The position numbers were made by a program, and so were the translations under genes. The notes beneath the pieces are model-generated. The model had not been told where the DNA came from. It saw only the letters and a list, made by a program, of their open reading frames with translations, and ran no database searches. This document shows, in pieces, positions 10,735 to 18,133 of a stretch of 49,604 bases of DNA (the first letter of the stretch is position 1; each line of letters opens with the position of its first letter). Origin of the DNA: an uncultured virus (IMG/VR IMGVR_UViG_2049941000_000719) (lineage: Duplodnaviria; Heunggongvirae; Uroviricota; Caudoviricetes); IMG/VR virus record IMGVR_UViG_2049941000_000719. One strand, given 5' to 3'.

Positions 10735-11202
10735 TTAACGTCTTAATGACGTTCTTCCAGACCGTCTCCTTCTCGCACGGGTTTTGCGGGCTAAATCTGC
10801 CATAACTTCACGAGAGACTTCACGTACGTTAAAAGGTTTGTTTTCTCCAGAGATACCCCTAATACGATCTGCCTCATCCCTTAATTCCGCTATCTTAAGT
10901 ATTTTTTTATATGCTCTATCATATGTTGCTCTTGGCACAGACACCTCATAATGTCTTGGTGGTTTATCAATAAGATCGAACTCATTTAAAGGACGCCCTC
11001 TCCGATCATACACAACATTCCAATGTGCAGAATCCCCCAGATAGTTATTATAGACGGGCTTCCTTGAAGTATAACCCTCAATTACAAAAGGTACATAGTG
11101 TGTATATTTCCCCGGTTCTTTTATTTGTAAATCCGGGGAATAATCTATATACATTCTCTTTGGCGGCGATACAGTTCTTTTTGTTGATTTTCTTGTTGTC
11201 AT
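10735..11202 (-). CDS. Family A protein
   Basis: VSVPRATYDRAYKK..LARKTRARRRRSGRTSLRR. Confidence 0.8.
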   Translation of the reverse strand: MTTRKSTKRTVSPPKRMYIDYSPDLQIKEPGKYTHYVPFVIEGYTSRKPVYNNYLGDSAHWNVVYDRRGRPLNEFDLIDKPPRHYEVSVPRATYDRAYKKILKIAELRDEADRIRGISGENKPFNVREVSREVMADLARKTRARRRRSGRTSLRR

Positions 11203-11233
11203 TTTATTAATTCTCCTTTAATTTTAGTAAAAA

Positions 11234-11566
11234 TTACCAATTCCCTCTACCGTATCTGACATCCATCATGAGCACACCCTCATCATACAATCGAATTCTA
11301 TCTTTTAAGAAATTCCTTTTGCGGAGATCATTGACAACCAACACATTTTGTCGGAATGGATTTCTGACTGCCTGATATCTTTCTCCTTTGTATTCCACAA
11401 TAAAATATGGCAGATTCATATTACGATTGTAATATTTTTCTTGAACAATCTTTACCTTGCGTAATTTACTCAGATATGGATCGCTATAAAACTCAGCAAA
11501 CTCGTATGAATCATGATTATCTCCATGAAAAGAGTGTCCGTAGTAGTTTAATTTTTTAGTAGTCAT
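11234..11566 (-). CDS. Hypothetical protein
   Basis: AGGGGGA RBS; PYFIVEYKGERYQAVRNPF resembles PYYIVDYNGKKCTAIFNPF of the 18578..18784 ORF. Confidence 0.7.
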   Translation of the reverse strand: MTTKKLNYYGHSFHGDNHDSYEFAEFYSDPYLSKLRKVKIVQEKYYNRNMNLPYFIVEYKGERYQAVRNPFRQNVLVVNDLRKRNFLKDRIRLYDEGVLMMDVRYGRGNW

Positions 11567-11587
11567 TGATATTCCCCCTATCATCAA

Positions 11588-11830
11588 TCAGTGGAAGGAC
11601 AGCGTGCCCTTATACATTTTCTGGCGAGCCTGTTCAGGAGTATATTCCCCGGCACAGTTGTCGAGACCACCATACTTTGACGGCTTATACGGATGACGAT
11701 ACTGTCTGCCGAGTTCTCCGGCAGATGACCTCGGCGGACACATTGCCCCTACAACGTATCCGCGAGCATTCGTTACAAATTCACACCCATATGCGCCTGT
11801 AACTTCTTTCTTTGATTTTCTTGTTGCCAT
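11588..11830 (-). CDS. Family B protein
   Basis: MATRKSKK; LDNCAGEYTPEQARQKMY. Confidence 0.8.
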   Translation of the reverse strand: MATRKSKKEVTGAYGCEFVTNARGYVVGAMCPPRSSAGELGRQYRHPYKPSKYGGLDNCAGEYTPEQARQKMYKGTLSFH

Positions 11831-11853
11831 TTTGTTTTCCCCCTTATTTCCTT

Positions 11854-12078
11854 TCAAAGGAATGAAAGTGTTTTTCTGTACATTTTTTCACGAACCTGTT
11901 CAGGAGTATATTCACCCGCACAGTCCACAAGACCGTCGACATAGCGCATGGTCTTATATGGTCGTTTATAGTTCTGACCATTCGGAGTCCATGCCCCGAT
12001 AACACGACCGTTTTTGTCGATTACGAAAGTATGCCCATAGGCACCGCAGACGTAATCGCAGTTTTCATACCGTGACAT
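11854..12078 (-). CDS. Family B protein (close paralog of 11588)
   Basis: GAYG..LVDCAGEYTPEQVREKMYRKTLSF. Confidence 0.8.
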   Translation of the reverse strand: MSRYENCDYVCGAYGHTFVIDKNGRVIGAWTPNGQNYKRPYKTMRYVDGLVDCAGEYTPEQVREKMYRKTLSFL

Positions 12079-12110
12079 TAATTTCTCCTTTGATTTTTAA
12101 GATTTGTAAG

Positions 12111-12141
12111 AGGGAATATATAGAAATACATTACAATTTTT
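12111..12141 (-). promoter_or_regulatory. TTGTAATGTA-TATA promoter
   Basis: Minus strand AAAAATTGTAATGTATTTCTATATATTCCCT, near-identical to 15394-15424 and 6489-6518. Confidence 0.7.
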
Positions 12142-12204
12142 AGGATATGGATTAAAAACAGATATATTGTAAAAACGAATGAAAAAAGAAATATATATTT
12201 CTAA

Positions 12205-12969
12205 TTACCTGCTTTTCGGATGAATTGTCCAAACATCGTAACCGAGAGCTTTCCAAACAGGTACGGGAATCTCGGAGTCCATCATCGGTTCAATACCCAG
12301 TGAATCTGTATAGCTCAGTTTTTCAAGAACGGTATTAAGAGAATACCTCCCCGTTGCACTCGTTTTTGTATATCCTCTGCCCGACCCGTGGTTCGGGGTT
12401 CTGCTATACAATCTGTATAACACATCACCTGAGTCAGAATCATTATAAATAACACAAAACACTTTGTTATTACGTAATACAAAAGACCAGATTCCCGTTC
12501 TGTAACGGATCTGCATACCTTTTGTTTTNNNNNNNNNNAGACGACATATTATGAAAGGCATTCCCTTCGTAACCGAGGGGATACTATACCCAAACCCTTC
12601 CATCACGTATGGCGGGATGTATTTCAGAACTTCAATATCAGGTATATTCTCCATATAGATCAAACCCTTGGCTTCTTTATCCAAAAGTGATGTCAGTGTG
12701 TATTTACCCGTTACAGAACTCTTAATCTTACGATTGCCTCTGCTGTCTGTCGATGTTAAATACAATTTTTTAAATTTTAATCCGTCAAATACTAATATCA
12801 CTTTATTTCTGTGCAGGAAATATCTCCATGGAAGGATATATTCGGTACCATAACGGGCTAATACATCCACGATTGCATAATCTCCGATGACCTTAACCGG
12901 ATGAATTTGCATAAGGTCAGTTTTGGGATTCCAGTTATACTTAGTAGTTTTAGAGCTTTTAGTTGGCAT
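12205..12969 (-). CDS. Family B-like protein(s), probably two genes joined at a gap
   Basis: VTGKYTLTSLLDK and ATGRYSLNTVLEK on either side of a 10-N join. Confidence 0.65.
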   Translation of the reverse strand: MPTKSSKTTKYNWNPKTDLMQIHPVKVIGDYAIVDVLARYGTEYILPWRYFLHRNKVILVFDGLKFKKLYLTSTDSRGNRKIKSSVTGKYTLTSLLDKEAKGLIYMENIPDIEVLKYIPPYVMEGFGYSIPSVTKGMPFIICRXXXXKTKGMQIRYRTGIWSFVLRNNKVFCVIYNDSDSGDVLYRLYSRTPNHGSGRGYTKTSATGRYSLNTVLEKLSYTDSLGIEPMMDSEIPVPVWKALGYDVWTIHPKSR

Positions 12970-12974
12970 TTTAA

Positions 12975-13346
12975 TCATCTCTTCTTATTGCTTCCCGGTA
13001 ACCCGTTAATTTCCCACATTGGCGCACCAGTAATCCCCAAAGACTTAATTAACGCGACGGGGGCATATTTTAAAAGACCAAGATCATTCATACGATATAA
13101 CATACAATTATCCTGATAGTCTGTAATATAAGGGATCATCTGTTGAACCTGTTTTTTAGCAGGCATCCTTGAATCTAATACCAAATACGGCACATCTATA
13201 ATAAACAAACTACCTTTCTCCCAAACTACATATCTTAACCTGTTCTTATAAAAAACAAGTTTCCAAGGATCATTGAACCGATATTCTCCGTTAAACGGTT
13301 TACCGTCCTGATATGGTTTATATTTTACTTTGCCGTCGGAAGACAC
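12975..13346 (-). CDS. Family C protein (start probably upstream of gap)
   Basis: LDSRMP..LRMNDLGLLKYAP-type segment shared with 14966 ORF. Confidence 0.75.
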   Translation of the reverse strand: MSSDGKVKYKPYQDGKPFNGEYRFNDPWKLVFYKNRLRYVVWEKGSLFIIDVPYLVLDSRMPAKKQVQQMIPYITDYQDNCMLYRMNDLGLLKYAPVALIKSLGITGAPMWEINGLPGSNKKR

Positions 13347-13440
13347 GGTAACAACTTCCCAATCATGATTTAGCCTGTTTNNNNNNNNNNTAATTGTTTT
13401 TTGCCTTTCTTGATGTGATTTTTATTGTCATTTTTTCCCC

Positions 13441-14015
13441 CTATTCCCACCTGTCTTTATTATTGTACTTGAGTCCGGCTTTTCTTGCATCTCTCAAATT
13501 TTCACGCCACAGATCATACACATCATCTGTAAATGCGGATTTTTGATACAGATAACTTGAGCTTGCCATAGGAATGGTGACAAATCCGAATTTGTTCAAT
13601 ACAGATAGAGGTATTTTATATCTGTTCCATAAGTCCGTAGCTGTCAGATTCGTTGCTCCTCTGAAGACTTCTTGATTATAGGCTTTTTTTATAAATGTTT
13701 TTAAGGTGTAGTTNNNNNNNNNNCCGCAACATCTACCCATTTATCCGTATTAAAGTTAAATGCATACCATGAACTACCCCTTCTCTCAGATTCCAGTTCT
13801 GGGCTGTTATCAATACTGAACATCACTTTATTATTACGCAATACGAAAGTAGATAGATAAAAGTCACGCTTGTTGTAAATTGGCTTATGTACATAGGGAG
13901 ATGTCACTTTCACGAGGCTCCATTCCCCGACTGTTTGTACAGGGTGACTTGCAATCTTCATGTACTCGTCCCTATACCACTTACTTAACTCTTTTTTAGT
14001 TAAATTTGGTCTCAT
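13441..14015 (-). CDS. Family B-like protein (spans gap)
   Basis: FVLRNNKV..NYTLKTFIKK..IPLSVLNKFGF. Confidence 0.6.
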
Positions 14016-14085
14016 AAAATCCCCCCCCATAATTTGGGATCCCAGTTATACTTAGTTTTTTTTGAATTTTGAGATGCCATTTTAA

Positions 14086-14400
14086 TCACCTTTTCCAGTA
14101 CCTTTTAGAACCGATTATGAATGGGACACCCTGTGGCGGAGGGGTCATATCATATCCGAAGTGTTCCATTACAGATACAGGAATATATTTTGATACATCT
14201 CTATCAGGAATTGATGTGTAGTGAATCAGACCACGACTCATCTTATCCAAGACAGTATTTAAAGTATATCTCCCGGTAACGTATGCTTTAAACACACCAT
14301 GACCCTTACTATCTTCGGAAACAGAGAATAATTTATAGAATACTCCATTCAATCTCATAAGNNNNNNNNNNGCATATATACTTGCTACATATTTTGTCAT
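14086..14400 (-). CDS. Family B-like protein
   Basis: VTGRYTLNTVLDK..KYIPVSVMEHFGY, paralog of 12205 N-half. Confidence 0.7.
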   Translation of the reverse strand: MTKYVASIYXXXXLMRLNGVFYKLFSVSEDSKGHGVFKAYVTGRYTLNTVLDKMSRGLIHYTSIPDRDVSKYIPVSVMEHFGYDMTPPPQGVPFIIGSKRYWKR

Positions 14401-14413
14401 ATTCTTTTCCCCC

Positions 14414-14749
14414 TTATTTTTTCTTGAGTTCTTTGCTGACCGCCTTGATAATGGCGGACTTAATCTCATCGTCTCTACAATAATCTACATGGATCCCGTC
14501 GTTCTCGTCAATCCAGACTTTGGTGCCGGAAATGTATTTGTTGTAGTGGGAATTGCTCATCGGATAATTCTGGAAACTGACACTGCTGACGTTGCCTGTA
14601 TTGTAGTAACTGACCCTCAGTCCGATCATGTCCTTCCAGTCGTTGACGTAGTACCTGATACTGCCGTCACTTGCCCGCCATGCCTTTCCAATTTTTTCTC
14701 TGTTCGTAAGAGAATCCGATTGTTTTTTACTTGTTTTCTTTGTAACCAT
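14414..14749 (-). CDS. Virus-type hypothetical protein
   Basis: MVTKKTSKK start; YYNTGNVSS motif; AGGGGGG RBS. Confidence 0.7.
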   Translation of the reverse strand: MVTKKTSKKQSDSLTNREKIGKAWRASDGSIRYYVNDWKDMIGLRVSYYNTGNVSSVSFQNYPMSNSHYNKYISGTKVWIDENDGIHVDYCRDDEIKSAIIKAVSKELKKK

Positions 14750-14965
14750 CTCAATATTCCCCCCTTAAATTTAGATTATTTCCTACGTTTCATGTCTTGA
14801 ATGAACATGTATTCCACGGCATCTCTGCCGTTGTTGACGGTCTCGACATACTTTGCCACCCGTCCGGGAACCTCGCGGATGTAGATACCTATGCCCCTTA
14901 CAGGACGGTCGGGATAATCCTTTGCNNNNNNNNNNATCTATTTTTTGGAATATAGATCATAATAA

Positions 14966-15352
14966 TTACCTCCTCTTATTGCGTCCGGGCATTTTGTTAA
15001 TTGCCAACATCGGTGCACCCACAATACCCAAAGTCCTGAATAATGTAGCAGGTGCATATTTTAATACTCCGAGATCATTCATACGAAGAAGTTCAAAACC
15101 GTCAGGGTTGAAATTTATAGCCGGTATGATGTTTTTTACCTGCTTTATAGGAGGCATTCTTGAATCCAACTCCAAATTCCAAACGGTTAACAGGAAAATA
15201 TCTCCGTCAATGATAACATATCTTAATCTGTTATCCATAAAGACAAATTTCCACGGAGAGGAGAACCAAAAATCTCCCCCTTTTGATACGGTAATTACAT
15301 CCCATACTCCGTAAGAGTTCTTTGCTTTTTTCGACACAATTCGTGTTGCCAT
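14966..15352 (-). CDS. Family C protein
   Basis: MATRIVSKK; paralog of 12975. Confidence 0.8.
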   Translation of the reverse strand: MATRIVSKKAKNSYGVWDVITVSKGGDFWFSSPWKFVFMDNRLRYVIIDGDIFLLTVWNLELDSRMPPIKQVKNIIPAINFNPDGFELLRMNDLGVLKYAPATLFRTLGIVGAPMLAINKMPGRNKRR

Positions 15353-15393
15353 GATTTCCCCCAAATATGAGTTTGAATAATATATTACTCAAT

Positions 15394-15424
15394 AGGGAAT
15401 ACATAAAAATACATTACAATTTTT
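15394..15424 (-). promoter_or_regulatory. TTGTAATGTA-TATA promoter heading the basic-protein array
   Basis: Minus strand AAAAATTGTAATGTATTTTTATGTATTCCCT. Confidence 0.7.
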
Positions 15425-15728
15425 GGTATTAAGTTTTAAAAGGAGAACACGGGGTGTTATTTTACNNNNNNNNNNCCCGTGTTCGGATGTAACAAACAGT
15501 TTCGATTTGTGAGATATTATGGGTGAATTCGACTTTTTTGGTGATCAATGCCTTAAGTAAAAGGTTTGGATGAATGGATGCATAGATATGAACGACAACC
15601 AATACANNNNNNNNNNNNNNNNNNNNNNNNNNNNNNNNNNNNNNNNNNNNNNNNNNNNNNNNNNNNNNNNNNNNNNNNNNNNNNNNNNNNNNNNNNNNNN
15701 NNNNNNNNNNNNNNNNNNNNNNNNACTA

Positions 15729-15908
15729 TCAATCGGGGACACTTTGCAGATATCCCAATATCAGAGAGCCTGCCCCGACGATGACCAAGGTGACAATAAC
15801 TCCGTGCGCCACCGCGGTACCTGCAACCCACAGAGAATATATCAGCCCGAAATATCCGACAATCAATAGAACAATGAATAATTCCAATGCGGTATCAAAA
15901 ATATCCAT
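15729..15908 (-). CDS. Small two-TM membrane protein (59 aa)
   Basis: Read manually: MDIFDTALELFIVLLIVGYFGLIYSLWVAG.. Confidence 0.55.
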   Translation of the reverse strand: MDIFDTALELFIVLLIVGYFGLIYSLWVAGTAVAHGVIVTLVIVGAGSLILGYLQSVPD

Positions 15909-16007
15909 ACGAAACCTCTATTCAGCAAATACCCCGCAAAAACCGCATAATCACAACGGCAATACCCNNNNNNNNNNTTGCCGCAACCGTCTCCTCAGAC
16001 ATCGCTG

Positions 16008-16196
16008 TCATGAACCAATCACCTTACCCTTCAGAAAACCGCTTTCCCGTATCTCCTCGACGGGCATGTTAATGTATTCCCATAACTCCTCATTACTCCA
16101 GAATGTAGTCTCAATGTAATGAAGGATGTTGCCGATGACCTCATTTGTGAGTTCAGAGCCTTCCTCGTCCTGAAGACGATACGCAATGATTTTCAT
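16008..16196 (-). CDS. Small acidic hypothetical protein
   Basis: MKIIAYRLQDEEG with AGGAGA RBS, downstream of promoter copy 16257-16276. Confidence 0.65.
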   Translation of the reverse strand: MKIIAYRLQDEEGSELTNEVIGNILHYIETTFWSNEELWEYINMPVEEIRESGFLKGKVIGS

Positions 16197-16256
16197 AATC
16201 TCTCCTTTCGGAGTTTTTTCACTGATTCTGTCTGACATGACAGATATTTTAGACGG

Positions 16257-16276
16257 CATCCTTTTTAAGTAAAACG
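16257..16276 (-). promoter_or_regulatory. Conserved promoter CGTTTTACTTAAAAAGGAT
   Basis: Copies also at 16979-16998, 17227-17246, 17424-17442, 17738-17756, 35034-35052; TATA-like TTAAAAA core. Confidence 0.7.
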
Positions 16277-16325
16277 CAGAGCACAAAATAAAATAAAGAA
16301 TCACAAACTAAAAAACACATAATAG

Positions 16326-16509
16326 GAGATGTCTTCCCATGAAAGGAAAGACACATAGTAATTATAAAACACTCCGTAAAGAGCATCCTATATATCCCCA
16401 TGAAATGGGGAACAGTGTAACCGAACATCATTCGATATGACGTTGAACTAACCAATCAGTTCTGTTCAAAATCCAAATGCCGGTTCATCCCCATGAACAT
16501 GGGGAACAC
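16326..16509 (-). CRISPR. Orphan degenerate type I-E-like mini-array (3 repeats; 65- and 33-nt spacers)
   Basis: Minus strand GTGTTCCCCATGTTCATGGGGATGAACCG (16509-16481), CTGTTCCCCATTTCATGGGGATATATAG (16415-16388), GTGTCTTTCCTTTCATGGGAAGACAT (from 16354); first resembles the E. coli I-E repeat; all keep a hairpin. Confidence 0.7.
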
Positions 16510-16521
16510 AGGAGTATGTGT

Positions 16522-16573
16522 ACAATACATCCTCGCGAGCTTTATTGATGTGACATTATCGGGGATGTATTGT
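16522..16573 (-). ncRNA. Stem-closed RNA unit 0
   Basis: ACAATACATCC/GGATGTATTGT inverted repeat, 24-nt loop, TTAAATAAA upstream; directly precedes the mini-array. Confidence 0.45.
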
Positions 16574-16649
16574 CTGTATAAACATATGACACTCATAGTA
16601 TTTATTTAATTCGCGGCAAAAATAGAAAAATCAGAAAAACTGCCGTCAA

Positions 16650-16698
16650 AAAAAACAGATTCTTTAACCGAGGTTGGTTGTTAAAGAGTCTGCTTTTT
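16650..16698 (-). terminator. Hairpin followed by T-run
   Basis: cagattctttaac / gttaaagagtctg imperfect inverted repeat flanked by A/T runs. Confidence 0.45.
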
Positions 16699-16835
16699 CC
16701 CTTTTTGTAAATCATTAGGGGTTATTCACCCCATGCATGACACATTATGGATGTAGAGTGCGCGGAAACGTGTGTTTCAAGGTACTTTTCGGTTTAGAGT
16801 GTGTATCCAGACGATTAATTCTATATGTGATGAGC

Positions 16836-16960
16836 ATCAATACACGCCCGATTTTGAGTCATAATCATCGAGTTCATTAGAGGATCTATTAGATTTAGAT
16901 GTTTAGGAGGATCTATTAGATTTAGATGTTCTGTCTGTAACTCTCTCGGAGTGTATTGAT
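16836..16960 (-). ncRNA. Stem-closed RNA unit 1
   Basis: ATCAATACAC/GTGTATTGAT 10-bp stem (extendable), promoter 16979-16998; loop has a 24-bp direct repeat. Confidence 0.6.
16880..16930. repeat. 24-bp direct repeat x2
   Basis: gaggatctattagatttagatgtt at 16880-16903 and 16907-16930. Confidence 0.9.
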
Positions 16961-17123
16961 TACACACATATACAACTTCATCCTTTTTAAGTAAAACGAT
17001 AATATCACCTCAAACCGGTAAAATCCATGAGATGCATCCCCCGAATACATGTGATTTTCCAAGAAAATATATGATCGGCGCGGCAGACAAACCCGGCAAA
17101 AATCAACTGCGGGAAAATTGAGA

Positions 17124-17209
17124 AATCAATACAATCAGTAGGTAAAAATCTCGTTTATCGATAGGGAGGTGTTAAACAATGCTTTCATCCAATGGCGATT
17201 GTATTGATT
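17124..17209 (-). ncRNA. Stem-closed RNA unit 2
   Basis: Perfect 13-bp AATCAATACAATC stem, 60-nt loop, promoter 17227-17246. Confidence 0.65.
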
Positions 17210-17299
17210 ACACAGTTATACAACTTCATCCTTTTTAAGTAATACGCTGAAAAACCCCGAAACCACGATATCAAATAAATTATCTTCAGAATGAGATGC

Positions 17300-17405
17300 A
17301 ATCAATACGGCAGATCTATAAATGAACAGCATGTAAAGAATTTGTGACTAAACTAACACAACACCAAGAACGGAAATATCTTGATATTTGACTGCCGTAT
17401 TGATT
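17300..17405 (-). ncRNA. Stem-closed RNA unit 3
   Basis: Perfect 14-bp AATCAATACGGCAG stem, 78-nt loop, promoter 17424-17442. Confidence 0.65.
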
Positions 17406-17466
17406 ACACATCTATATGCGCTGATCCTTTTTAAGTAACACGCAAAATAGGTAACTTTCCGAAAGA

Positions 17467-17542
17467 TAGCGGAGAGCGGATTTGAACCGCTGATACTCCG
17501 GATCATGAGTCCGACGGGTTGACCTAACTACCCCACCCCGCT
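17467..17542 (-). tRNA. tRNA-Met(CAT), archaeal initiator type
   Basis: Cloverleaf: AGCGGGG/CTCCGCT acceptor (A1:U72), GGGT/ACCC D-stem, TCGGA-CTCATGA-TCCGG, AGCGG-TTCAAAT-CCGCT, A73. Confidence 0.9.
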
Positions 17543-17597
17543 TTTTCGTATGAATCCCCCCGATATCCCGTGCACACTACATGCACATATAGGAAGT

Positions 17598-17626
17598 CAG
17601 TTTATCCCCATGTACACGGAATATGC
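17598..17626 (-). repeat. Solitary degenerate I-E-like CRISPR repeat
   Basis: Minus strand ATATTCCGTGTACATGGGGATAAACTG; ends in ATAAACTG handle-like octamer. Confidence 0.5.
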
Positions 17627-17629
17627 GGG

Positions 17630-17719
17630 AATCAATACACCCGATGTAAGAGATTTATCATGAATTTAATCCAGATGACAAGAAACCTATGTAATTGGCG
17701 CAGATCGTGTGTATTGATT
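17630..17719 (-). ncRNA. Stem-closed RNA unit 4
   Basis: 16-bp stem with one mismatch, 58-nt loop, promoter 17738-17756. Confidence 0.65.
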
Positions 17720-17779
17720 ACCCATATATACAACTTTATCCTTTTTAAGTAAAACGGAAAACAGCACCAAATTATAGAT

Positions 17780-17855
17780 ACGCGGAGAGCGGATTTGAAC
17801 CGCTGAATCTCGGATTTTGAGTCCGATGGATTGAACCTGACTTTCCCACTCCGCC
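17780..17855 (-). tRNA. Atypical tRNA, anticodon CAA, paralog of the tRNA-Met
   Basis: Identical T-arm, TCGGA-CTCAAAA-TCCGA anticodon arm, 5-nt variable loop, G1:G72 mismatch, U73. Confidence 0.75.
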
Positions 17856-17981
17856 ATGACAATCTGAATACTACTCCGAATTCCCCAATAACTGTATTTT
17901 CGGATAAATCATCATTGTAGGGATACTGAATTAATTATCGCTAATATGCTAATTAACCGGGTGATGATTATCCGGGTTGCA

Positions 17982-18009
17982 CAGTTTATAGGTGATCTGT
18001 GGGGAATTC
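17982..18009 (-). repeat. Highly degenerate solitary I-E-like repeat
   Basis: Minus strand GAATTCCCCACAGATCACCTATAAACTG; both ends kept, hairpin lost. Confidence 0.35.
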
Positions 18010-18046
18010 AGGGTAATACTAATGAAAATAATCCCATCCTCTTTCA

Positions 18047-18133
18047 ACCAATACAGCAGATTTTGTAATTACTTTTTAGGGGTATATTGTAGGTAAATTC
18101 TAAAAAGCGAAATTAACAACCCGCCGTATTGAT
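18047..18133 (-). ncRNA. Stem-closed RNA unit 5
   Basis: 13-bp stem fully paired only on minus strand (three G-U pairs), 61-nt loop; promoter position is in an N gap followed by AACGC. Confidence 0.6.

Noticed and set aside
1..15424. Basic N-termini as class III signal peptides for the A24 peptidase
   Set aside because: No hydrophobic H-domain follows the charged stretch
17815..17821. UCA (opal suppressor or Sec) reading of the second tRNA
   Set aside because: The 7-nt loop CUCAAAA places CAA at 34-36; no Sec-type long arms, and TGA is used as a normal stop
16836..18133. Stem RNAs as C/D-box sRNAs, TIGR array or ordinary CRISPR
   Set aside because: No consistent RUGAUGA/CUGA boxes, no fixed period, each unit has its own promoter
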